Positions 1-8,529 are shown, counted from the stretch's first letter. The stretch: 29,604 nucleotides of DNA from Opitutia bacterium (GCA_050506795.1 JBJHCF010000049.1:1-29604), one strand, 5' to 3'. Program-made: numbers and translations. Notes: generated by a model from the sequence alone, not told the origin.

Positions 1-92
1 CATACACGCAACACTCGGTAGTTGTTACTGGTTAGGTTTTACAACGTCCGGACTTTCACCGGACAAGAAGCGCCTTGCTTCGCTCGGCGCAC
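1..92 (-). mobile_element. 5' end (domain I start) of a group II intron, running off the left edge of the window
   Basis: The minus strand from 92 reads GTGCGCCGAGCGAAGCAAGGCGCTTCTTGTCCGGTGAAAGTCCGGACG. It has the GUGYG 5' consensus, a GCGCC/GGCGC hairpin, and the GGTGAAAGTCC motif inside a TCCGG/CCGGA stem typical of bacterial group II intron 5' ends. The RT ORF and domains V/VI would lie outside the window. Confidence 0.75.
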
Positions 93-145
93 GAACGTCT
101 CGGGTCAGGATGGGCTATCTCCCGTTGCGTGCATCCGGTTCGCTC
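93..145 (-). other. degenerate attC-like integron recombination site, interrupted at its R' box by the intron
   Basis: Minus strand GAGCGAAC-C-GGATGCA-CGCAAC-GGG-agatag-CCC-ATCC-TGACCCG-AGAC-GTTC|GTGCG. It shows an R''-like GAAC, an L''-like GGATGCA with an extra base versus the L'-like TGACCC, a central stem and R' GTT. The R''-L'' spacer is shortened, and the site overlaps the 3' end of the hydrolase gene. Confidence 0.5.
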
Positions 146-1014
146 CGCAGTGTCGGTTCACCTTCCAAGTATCCCAGTGATGCAAGGAAACGATCCATCT
201 CGATCACGGTCTTCAGATAGTTGTCCCTTTGGTTGTAATTGAAAAACCCGTGCGGCTGTCCCTCGTACAAGTGCAGATCGCACCGACGTCCGTGCTCTTC
301 CATACGCCGCTTGTATTCCAAGGCTGTCGCCACAGGAATGTGATGGTCCTGCGTGCCAAGAAAGACGATTGTCGGAGGAGTTTCTTCGCCGATGTTGTGC
401 ATCGGGGAAAACTCCCTCCAGTATTCCTCAACCCGGTCGTGGCCATATCCGCCTGGTCCGTTGTCAAAGACAGGATTGAACAGAACCAGAGCATTCGGGC
501 GGGAGGCGACTGTCAGATCCTCCCCTTCTTCCTCAAACCCCGTGATGGTACCCGTGGCCGCGGCCACTTGCCCCCCTGCGGATCCTCCTCCAGCGGCAAT
601 CCGTTCCGGATCGATGCCCAGTTCCGTCGCGTATTGCCTGATCCATCTGACAGCTGACTTGCCGTCCATTACGCACTCGCGCGGAGTTGTGTTGTTTCGA
701 GAACTCACCCGATACTCCGCGCTTATCGCCACCATGCCGCGAGAGGCAAGATATCTGCAATGCGGGAAGAACTGGCTTGGAGAGCCTCTGTTCCATCCTC
801 CGCCAAAAAAGAAAACAATGGCAGGTCGTCTGTCGGTCGGCTCAGCGCTTTCAGGTCTAAAGACATGAAGCTTGAGTTCGGTCTCGCCGATTGTCTTATA
901 CACAATCTCCTGGTCAGGCTTGATTGTTTCCTCCGCGAATCCGGAACAAACAATGAAGAGCATTAGCGCAATTGCGGTTATCCTTCTCATGTGTTCTACA
1001 ATCGTTCTTTTCAT
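115..1014 (-). CDS. secreted alpha/beta hydrolase (esterase/lipase, HSL/BD-FAE-like)
   Basis: Signal peptide, oxyanion FFGGGW, nucleophile GGSAGG, Asp in GTQD and His in HGFF. Alternative start ATG at 990. Confidence 0.9.
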   Translation of the reverse strand: MKRTIVEHMRRITAIALMLFIVCSGFAEETIKPDQEIVYKTIGETELKLHVFRPESAEPTDRRPAIVFFFGGGWNRGSPSQFFPHCRYLASRGMVAISAEYRVSSRNNTTPRECVMDGKSAVRWIRQYATELGIDPERIAAGGGSAGGQVAAATGTITGFEEEGEDLTVASRPNALVLFNPVFDNGPGGYGHDRVEEYWREFSPMHNIGEETPPTIVFLGTQDHHIPVATALEYKRRMEEHGRRCDLHLYEGQPHGFFNYNQRDNYLKTVIEMDRFLASLGYLEGEPTLRSEPDARNGR

Positions 1015-1065
1015 GCTTTTTCAATGCCAAACAAGGGTGTTCCGCTCGCTTTCAACAATCCTTGA

Positions 1066-2292
1066 TTATCTGTCCATTCGGATACGGTAAAGCTCGTAAG
1101 CTAGTCGCCGGTTGGTCTGGATCATATCAAAGTGCGGCGTGTCCGTCGCGTTGATGAACCCGCGGGTCCCGGCTTCTCCATCGGCTCTTCCGGTCAGGGG
1201 CTGATCACGGTATTGAAAGAAATGGGCGCCGACGATCATCGGATGGCTAAATGCGGACTGCAGGTAGCGCTCCAGCCCTTCGGTACGATGCTCGGGCCGC
1301 GGGGATAATTCTCCTTCATACCGGAACGGAGTTTGGACCATGTTGTTTCCCGTGCTGAATTCACCGATCAGAATCGGAACATCGATTTCCCGGTACTGAT
1401 TGGCCCGGCCCGAAGGAGTATTATCGTAGATGTTGTAGGAAACGACGTCGATGTAACGGCTGGCGAGAGCGACAAGCTCGCGGTCGATGTGACCGTGAAA
1501 ACGAACCCCGAGGTAAAGATGATTCGGAGCCACGTCGTCCAGAACTTCCCGAGTATGAGAAAAATAATGTTCCGCAAACGCCATCCCGAAGTCGCCGCAA
1601 TCCTCCAGGATGATTGGATTTCCCATGTCCGGCTCTTCGGTGCAGTCGATCAAGGCGTCCCACGATTCGTGCTCCCTATCCCACGCCGCATTCAAATCTT
1701 CGACACTTCCATACTTCTCCCGCAACATCTCGACGAACTTCAACTTGCTTCCGGTACCCCGCCCTCGCTGAATGGCGACCTGGCCGACATGCGCGGCACG
1801 TGGACGCCAAAGCCAGCCGAGTTCGTTGTCCACGAAATAGCCTATCTTGGGACGACGCACCAACCGAACCCGCAACAAGTCGCTTGCTCCGGGACTGATC
1901 GAGATCGCATTGCGCGTTTGATCCCGGTTTTCTTCGCCGTCGGGATTGGCCGCCCGACCCCAGACGACCACCGGCTCTGTGCCGGTGTTGGTGACTCGAA
2001 AATCGACGGAACCATAGGAGGACAGATCCCAGGTCCGGTTCTCGACACGGCGGAATGTCAGCAGCGTATCGCCGCCATCACCGGTCGCCGCCAAACGAAT
2101 GGCCCATTGCCCTTCGTGGCGAACAGCACTCGCCTCCGCCGTGGTCCCCACATCAACGACCTGATCGTCGAGTTGCGATCGCATTTCCACCAACTCACGT
2201 CCGCGTTCGCCCGTGTAACCCGAACAGTCCAGCGTTACCGCCACACCGGCCAGGATCGCCGTTCCCAACAAGTAACTTCCCCTAATCTCCAT
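1066..2292 (-). pseudogene. GH50 beta-agarase-like glycoside hydrolase with an apparent large in-frame internal deletion
   Basis: The C-half has GH50-type motifs IGYFVDNELGW, PNHLYLGVRF, IDVVSYNIY, PILIGEF and IVGAHFFQYRDQPLTGRADGE. The N-terminal CBM-like segment joins directly at RVRLVRRPK|IGYFVDNE (~1845). At ~408 aa it is much shorter than typical GH50 enzymes. Start set at ATG 2292, ahead of the signal-like segment; the ORF track start is 2346. Confidence 0.7.
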
Positions 2293-2325
2293 AAAGATCC
2301 CATTCATTTCGTATTGATTGGACCG

Positions 2326-2381
2326 AAGAACGTTCGTGGGCGGCACGCCGGCTTCGTCCGGTCGTCACCCGCTGGTTTACG
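2326..2381 (-). other. second degenerate attC-like site, upstream of the GH50-like gene
   Basis: Minus strand GTAAAC-CAGCG-GGTGACG-A-CCGG-acgaag-CCGG-CGTGCCGCCC-ACGAAC-GTTCTT. It has AAC...GTT ends, a 5-nt left spacer, a central hairpin and ~56 nt length. Confidence 0.35.
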
Positions 2382-2453
2382 GCATCCCGGCAACCCCTCG
2401 CCCCTACATCCAACCGTTGAGCGGGAGATCTATGATCGGTACCTTCGGCAAGG

Positions 2454-5400
2454 TCACTCTGCCGCGACAACCCGAACGCGCAGGAATCCTCGCGGCGCCC
2501 CATCCGGGAGAACGGCTTGGACCGTTACTTCATCGTACACCCCCGCTTGAACGCGATTTGCCTCCACGACGCCCTCGGGATTCCAGGCCTCGAGGGTTTC
2601 GGACATCTCAGGAATGTATTCAAGATCCTGTGCATCCCGCAACTCCAGGTAGGTCAGTTCGAGCACGCCGTCCACGATTCTCGACTGCGGAAGCCGAGGA
2701 TCGAGGGAACCGACGGCCACTTTCGGTTCCAGTCCGAAGGCATACTTCAGCAGGTTGGCGAGCCCGTCACCGGCAGGTGTCGCCAGCGGACCGCTGATCT
2801 CCGGTTGGCCCAGCTCTTCAGCGGTGAAATTCTGCGTCAGCCAGGCGTCAAAGGTCGGACCGATCGGGTCGGTCGGGTCAAGCGAATCGATCTGGTCGGG
2901 AGTTCCCATCTGGAAGGTGTGCCAATCGATGGAAACATGTCGGCCCGTTATTCCAAACCGGCTTCCCTGCGGGGAGGCTGCCATATTCGGAATGTTGACC
3001 GAGAGCTCGGCTTCACCTTCGTCTCCGTCCATCAAGAGGCCGACCAATTCAAGGCTGCCATCCGGCTGATGAATACCCCGCACCTCCAGGAGATACGAAT
3101 CTCCAGCCGCAAAGCCGGGCGCGCCGGCAACTCCTGAAAGATCAAGGGTCGCGGCGCCCGCTCCGTCGGTCACATCGGCGGGAGGAACCATCCGCAGTTC
3201 CTGGCTGACCGGGAACCATTCGAATGTGTAGGCGGAATCCGCGTCGGCCTCCCGGCCGAGGAAACTCACCCCAAACCGCGGCGCGGTCTGGATCCATTGT
3301 CCACCGGTAATCACGCCGTCATTGCCGTTCGGCGACAGATCCGCCACCGTCGTTCCCTCACCTTCATTCAACGGCCAGTAGCCGACCAACCCGGTTTCGT
3401 TGCCGGTCAAGCCCTCCAACGCATCCTGCACGTCGGTCTCGGTCAGGGCGATGTTCCAGGCGCTGGCGTCACGGAAGAATCCATTCGGCGCATACTCGTT
3501 ACGGGTCAGGTGACCGATGTTGCCAATCTCGAAGGCATCACTGATCTCGTTCAAACCTCCGTATTCGCCCGAGGCGATCTGTTGGCCGTCCAGGTAAACC
3601 CAGTATTCGCCGGAATCCCAGGCCAGCGCCATGTGATACCAAGTTCCCAACTCAGGCACGAAGCCAACCTCGGAATCCGAACTGCTTCCAAGGCGAACCG
3701 TAATTCCCTGTTCCGGATTCTGGTAAGTGATGTAGATGCGGTTGCTGAAATTATTGCGTGGCGAAACATGGCCGAAGATCGTGCCCCCGGTTTCGCCTCG
3801 CAAATTGAAGGACACCGCGACGGTTCCACTTTCGGGCGTGGCTCCGTTGGTCCCGACGACAATCTCGTTTTCCGGATCACCCCCCGACCTCAACCCCAAA
3901 ACGGTCCCGTCTTCCGGCAGCAGGCGAGTACTGACAAGGCTACGCGCCGCGAAGTCCTGGCCGGGCGTATAGAAAGCGTTGACGTTGGCGGCGGACCTGA
4001 CTTCACCCGCCTGGGTCGCGGCGTCATTAATATTGACCCGCCAGGAAGTATCCTGAAGCGACCACGCACCGGGCGCCGCCGAGTCGATCATGAAATCATT
4101 CGGCGCGTCGCGCCCCCCGGCGTTGCCGAAGCGATAATCGAGGGGCATCGGAGTCGGGAGTTCCGTCAACCAATTCATTTCCCGGAAATCCCAGACCGGA
4201 TTTTCCTGGCTGCGGTGGCGCGCCCCAAAACCGAAGCGGGTCCCAGCCGGCGCTTCCGTAAGCGTCCCGGATACCGCCGCTTCTCCGCCGAACTCATCGG
4301 TTAACACCGCCCAAAAATTCATACCACCGGCTTCCGGATAGCGCGTCAGGAAAGTAAACGTGTAATCGCCGCCTTCGGTCACCTCCGGCGGATTCTTCAA
4401 GTCGGCGAAATCAACCCCGGCCACAATGGCTCCGTTCATTCCTTCCCGCACCGCCACCATGCCGCCGGCTGCTGTGTTTGGCATCCACTGGAAGGTGTAA
4501 TAACCGCTGTCGCCACCGGCATCGAAAACGGACGCGTCATCGTCGCCAAAAAGCACCATTCCCACTCGGTTTTCCGACTCGACCGAATCAAGGGACTCCA
4601 GGCTCATATGCAACTCGAGCATCCGGTAATCCGTTCCTTCAAAATAAGGAATGTGATTCACCGCCAGCGAATTGTAATACTCCTCCGCAGTCGGCTCCAA
4701 TCGCAGCGCATCCGGCGTAACCGTCCAGTCTTCCGCCACGTTCTTCACCAAACGTTCGCCCGAATCGCGACCGAGTTCGGAGCCGAAGGTGAAGTTGAAG
4801 GGCTCCACATCCATCGACAGATTCATGAAACCGAAGGCCGGTGTCGCGTCGTTTTCGATTCGGGAACGGCCCCCGACCCCGAATAAGGTGCCGCCGAGCG
4901 GATCGGCGATTGTTGCCGAAACCGTCTGCCAAACCTCCGCCTCATCCACCATCGTGAAGGAAAGATTCAGGCTGCCGTCGGGCAGATAAAAGCCGTCCGC
5001 CAACATTCGGTACACCGGCGCGTTGGCGGCGAGGACTTCGACATCGTCGATGAACCAACCATCGTAGACATCCCCATCGATGTCGTCGCTGCTCAGGCGG
5101 AACTCCACCACGACCTCGCCGCCGAGCACGGAAGACGGGAGTTCGAAAACCCGTTCGCGCCAGGTTCCCGTCTGATCGTTGTAGCGGGCCAACTCCACCA
5201 ATTCCGAGTTCGTGGCGTCCAGAATAGCAACTCTCGTGAAGTGAAATTCTCCATCCACCCCAAAATCCTCGAGTTCCGTGAATTCCTGGAAGCGCAGTTC
5301 GGCAGCGAGGGCATTCGACAAATCAATCACCGGCGAGCGGAACCACGCGTTCACATTAAAACCATATTTTTCATCAAGTCCGGTGGCCGCGACGTTTTCG

Positions 5401-6719
5401 CCACTAAAGGCGGCCGCAGGGCCGTAGCCGTCCACCGGCTCGCCGATTTCCCAATTGTTACCGGCTCCACCGCTGGTCCAGCCGTCGACATCACCCTCAA
5501 AGTCTTCGAAAAAGACGGTCGTCAGTTCCGCCGCTTCCGGCTCGCCGCCGGGCCAGGGAGCGGAAGCGAGAACGGCACCATCGAATCCTTCCCGTATTTC
5601 CATCACCGAGGACCCGGCGTCACCGGGTGTCCAGGTAAGACCATAAAAACCGTCATTCCGCTCAACATCGAAAGACGCCTCATCCGGTCCTCCCAGAACG
5701 GCCAGACCGACTCGGTGATCGGTGCCTTGCGGTGCTTCTTTGAGCATAACCGCGGTATTCAGAGAAAAATCTTCCCTTTCGCGATGGTTCACTACATGGG
5801 TGAGCGCCGCGGCCGAACCGAAGGATGCGGAAGCCGGCCGAAAGGTAAGACTGCTCACGTCCACCACAAAGCTCTCCGGATTGGCCACGAGCAAACCAGT
5901 GTCTCCCTGGCGTCCGGCACCTTCTCCAAAGGTAATGGCATAGGGAACTTCAAAGTCGAAAAGGGAAGAAACCGTCTGGGTCATAAAGGCCAAGTCGTCA
6001 ATTCCTACAAAGACTCCATGATCGGAGTGCACCCGCACGCGGGTGATCCAGTATCCCTCCGGAGCCACAATCCCGCTAAAACTGTCCTGGGTGCCGTTTC
6101 CATTTTCCATGTCAAAACTGCGAAACGTGGAAGAACTGCCGGAGTCCAAGCCGTTGGTATAGAAAGCGATCACACGAAAGTTGCGTCCCGTGCCCTGACC
6201 GTCGCGCCCTAAAATCGTCACGCCAACGGCCGTAACTCTTTCGTCTGGCTCAAATCCTTGCTCATTGGTCATAACAAGGTCGAAATGGGGGTTCCCGCCC
6301 CGGGTCAAAAATTGATCACCTGAGACGCCGGTCCGGTCTCCAGAGGGGCCCGAAATACTATAGGTTCCGCCATGGCCGGGTTGGTTGACAAAATCGATCG
6401 ATTTCGCCCCGTCCGCAAAGGTGGCGGTAAAGGACTGATTGTCATTAAGGGAACCATTATCGAAATTAATCACCCCGCCTCGGCCTTCGGCGAACGCGGT
6501 GGCGACTTGCGAGGAGAATTCCTCCAGGGTGAGAATCTGGCTGGCGCCGAGTTCCTGTCCGATTCCCGCGGTCCAGGTGGTATTCCCGGAGTAACCCATA
6601 GTGAAATCGACCTCATTCTCAGCTCCTTCGGCATAGATGCCGACGACCGGCAAGGCCGCATGGAGACAAGGTGTCGCGAAGAAGATGGCGGCCAGGATAA
6701 TGCGTTTCAAGTATTTCAT
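2454..6719 (-). CDS. large secreted multidomain protein: N-terminal beta domain, 3 copies of an unrecognised ~200-aa domain, inserted MAM/InhA-like jelly roll, inserted LamG domain, Verrucomicrobia-type C-terminal domain
   Basis: Signal peptide MKYLKRIILAAIFFATPCLHA. FFEDFEG..W..G.P...SPVIDLS...GWFIDDV is MAM/InhA-like. GTWYHMALAWD..YLDG...WNIALT...GLVGYWPLNEGEG is LamG. The C-terminus reads FDAW...SGPLATPAGDGLANLLKYAFGL...FLRVRV. Confidence 0.85.
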   Translation of the reverse strand: MKYLKRIILAAIFFATPCLHAALPVVGIYAEGAENEVDFTMGYSGNTTWTAGIGQELGASQILTLEEFSSQVATAFAEGRGGVINFDNGSLNDNQSFTATFADGAKSIDFVNQPGHGGTYSISGPSGDRTGVSGDQFLTRGGNPHFDLVMTNEQGFEPDERVTAVGVTILGRDGQGTGRNFRVIAFYTNGLDSGSSSTFRSFDMENGNGTQDSFSGIVAPEGYWITRVRVHSDHGVFVGIDDLAFMTQTVSSLFDFEVPYAITFGEGAGRQGDTGLLVANPESFVVDVSSLTFRPASASFGSAAALTHVVNHREREDFSLNTAVMLKEAPQGTDHRVGLAVLGGPDEASFDVERNDGFYGLTWTPGDAGSSVMEIREGFDGAVLASAPWPGGEPEAAELTTVFFEDFEGDVDGWTSGGAGNNWEIGEPVDGYGPAAAFSGENVAATGLDEKYGFNVNAWFRSPVIDLSNALAAELRFQEFTELEDFGVDGEFHFTRVAILDATNSELVELARYNDQTGTWRERVFELPSSVLGGEVVVEFRLSSDDIDGDVYDGWFIDDVEVLAANAPVYRMLADGFYLPDGSLNLSFTMVDEAEVWQTVSATIADPLGGTLFGVGGRSRIENDATPAFGFMNLSMDVEPFNFTFGSELGRDSGERLVKNVAEDWTVTPDALRLEPTAEEYYNSLAVNHIPYFEGTDYRMLELHMSLESLDSVESENRVGMVLFGDDDASVFDAGGDSGYYTFQWMPNTAAGGMVAVREGMNGAIVAGVDFADLKNPPEVTEGGDYTFTFLTRYPEAGGMNFWAVLTDEFGGEAAVSGTLTEAPAGTRFGFGARHRSQENPVWDFREMNWLTELPTPMPLDYRFGNAGGRDAPNDFMIDSAAPGAWSLQDTSWRVNINDAATQAGEVRSAANVNAFYTPGQDFAARSLVSTRLLPEDGTVLGLRSGGDPENEIVVGTNGATPESGTVAVSFNLRGETGGTIFGHVSPRNNFSNRIYITYQNPEQGITVRLGSSSDSEVGFVPELGTWYHMALAWDSGEYWVYLDGQQIASGEYGGLNEISDAFEIGNIGHLTRNEYAPNGFFRDASAWNIALTETDVQDALEGLTGNETGLVGYWPLNEGEGTTVADLSPNGNDGVITGGQWIQTAPRFGVSFLGREADADSAYTFEWFPVSQELRMVPPADVTDGAGAATLDLSGVAGAPGFAAGDSYLLEVRGIHQPDGSLELVGLLMDGDEGEAELSVNIPNMAASPQGSRFGITGRHVSIDWHTFQMGTPDQIDSLDPTDPIGPTFDAWLTQNFTAEELGQPEISGPLATPAGDGLANLLKYAFGLEPKVAVGSLDPRLPQSRIVDGVLELTYLELRDAQDLEYIPEMSETLEAWNPEGVVEANRVQAGVYDEVTVQAVLPDGAPRGFLRVRVVAAE

Positions 6720-7149
6720 TAAGGAAGAGGGTTAGTGATGGATTCCCAAAGCGAGCGGCGGACATAGCCCGAATTGGATTGACGCGAATAAAACCCCATA
6801 GGTCTGCGATACGTCAGGATTATTACCAGAAAGAGTCCACGTAATGGATAGGAAGGATGTATTAATTCTAGCACCGATGATGCAGGTATCAGGATCCCTC
6901 ACGGGGTCAGGCTTCCTGACGGCAAGGTGGAAAAACCACCCCATCAACGCATACGTGCGGCCCGCACATCACAAGTACCGCTATCGATATCAGTGTGCGG
7001 AATGCCGGACGGGAAACCGGGCAGATCGGGGAAACGGGCGATGGACAACTCGTGCCGACAAAAAAGCACAATTCGCAGGGCCGACAGCCGCTTCGGGAAC
7101 GATAATGAATCGCTCCTGAAATTCTTAAACCTGTACGTAACGAAATCGA

Positions 7150-8331
7150 ATGCTGCCTTTCCACGTAATGACCAAACCCATCGGCCCCGTATGTAATCTG
7201 GGCTGCGAGTACTGTTTCTATCTGGAAAAGCAGGATATGTTTCCTTCCGGGCACGCTTTTCGCATGCAGGATGAGGTACTGGAAACGTACATTAGGCAGT
7301 ATATCGAAAGTCAACCCACCCCGGAAGTGACTTTCACCTGGCAGGGCGGCGAGCCGACCCTGCTCGGCCTGGAGTTTTTCGAGAAGGTCATCGCCCTGCA
7401 GAGGAAATACGCCAACGGGAAACGTATCAGCAACGCACTGCAAACCAACGGCACCCTGCTCGACGACGCGTGGGGCGTTTTCCTGCACCGGCACAGCTTC
7501 CTGCTCGGGATCAGCATCGACGGACCGCCTCATTTTCATGACACCTACCGCCCGGACAAGGGCGGCGGGGCTTCGTCCGACCGGGTGCTCCGCGGCCTCG
7601 AAATCCTCCAGAAACACGAGGTCGAGTACAACACCCTGACCGTGGTCAATCGTCAGAACGCCAAATGGCCGTTGGTGGTGTACCGGTACCTGAAAAAAAT
7701 CGGCAGCCGCTACCTGCAGTTCATTCCGGTGGTGGAACGCATCGACGAAACCACGAACCGCCTGGCGGGGCCGCCCGACCTGGACGACGACGGCCCGGTG
7801 ACACCGTGGAGCGTCCGGCCGGAAGACTACGGTGACTTTCTCACAGCCATCTTCAAGGAGTGGGTGAAAAAGGATGTCGGCCGGATCTTCGTGCAGCTAT
7901 TCGACGTCACTCTGGCCGCCTGGGCAGGGGCTCCGCCCGGGCTGTGCGTGTTCGCCCCCACCTGCGGAACCGGCCTGGCCATGGAGTCCAACGGTGACGT
8001 TTATTCGTGCGACCACTACGTTTACCCCGAATACCGCCTCGGCAACCTGCGCGAGCGCCACCTGGCCGACATCGCCGTGACCGAACAACAGCGTAAATTT
8101 GGAAACGATAAATCCGACACTCTTCCCGCCTACTGCCGGCAATGCCCGTATCTCTTCGCCTGCAACGGGGGATGCCCCAAATACCGTTTTATGCGGACGC
8201 CCGACGGCGAACCGGGACTGAACTACCTCTGCCCCGCCTACAAACGCTTTTTCAAGGCTTCCGCCCCTGCCATGAAGAAAATGAAAGCCCTGCTCGACGC
8301 CGAACGCGCTCCGGCTGAAATTATGCGCTAA
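7150..8331 (+). CDS. anaerobic sulfatase maturase (radical SAM/SPASM, AslB/ChuR family)
   Basis: FHVMTKPIGPVCNLGCEYCFY (CxxxCxxC), WQGGEPTL, QTNG, ISIDG and YLQFIPVVE. SPASM cysteines occur in CVFAPTCG, YSCDH, CRQC...CNGGCPK and YLC. Confidence 0.95.
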   Translation: MLPFHVMTKPIGPVCNLGCEYCFYLEKQDMFPSGHAFRMQDEVLETYIRQYIESQPTPEVTFTWQGGEPTLLGLEFFEKVIALQRKYANGKRISNALQTNGTLLDDAWGVFLHRHSFLLGISIDGPPHFHDTYRPDKGGGASSDRVLRGLEILQKHEVEYNTLTVVNRQNAKWPLVVYRYLKKIGSRYLQFIPVVERIDETTNRLAGPPDLDDDGPVTPWSVRPEDYGDFLTAIFKEWVKKDVGRIFVQLFDVTLAAWAGAPPGLCVFAPTCGTGLAMESNGDVYSCDHYVYPEYRLGNLRERHLADIAVTEQQRKFGNDKSDTLPAYCRQCPYLFACNGGCPKYRFMRTPDGEPGLNYLCPAYKRFFKASAPAMKKMKALLDAERAPAEIMR

Positions 8332-8346
8332 TCCACAGGCAACAAC

Positions 8347-8362
8347 ATCGGGGCGTCCCGAT
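8347..8362. terminator. hairpin between the convergent anSME and tonB-like genes (possible terminator)
   Basis: ATCGGG-gcgt-CCCGAT, followed on the minus strand by GTTGTTG. There is no clean U tract. Confidence 0.3.
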
Positions 8363-8447
8363 CAGTCATTCCTGGTCTTGTGTAACATTCGAATACAGAA
8401 GGTAACCGATGAACATTTCATCGGTCGTTGGCGAAGGTCCCTTACTC

Positions 8448-8463
8448 GCTGATCGCGTGCCAA
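8448..8463 (-). promoter_or_regulatory. sigma54-like -24/-12 element with no obvious downstream gene
   Basis: Minus strand TTGGCACGCGATCAGC has a perfect -24 TGGCACG and exact GG-N10-GC spacing. The -12 is CAGC rather than TTGC. Confidence 0.4.
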
Positions 8464-8529
8464 GGGGAGCATTCGTTTTGTTCAAACAACTCCCGCCATC
8501 ATGAGGGACCGGCCTCGTACCCGTTCGGA

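Noticed and set aside
1015..1065. Possible third attC between the GH50-like and hydrolase genes
   Set aside because: Only a GTTTGGC R'-like word is visible, with no convincing L boxes or pairing.
1333..2550. 405-aa plus-strand ORF
   Set aside because: Antisense shadow of the GH50-like gene with no recognisable motifs.
6844..7119. 91-aa intergenic ORF containing YQCAEC
   Set aside because: It has only a single CxxC, no second ligand pair and atypical composition, so it is not supportable as a zinc-ribbon gene.
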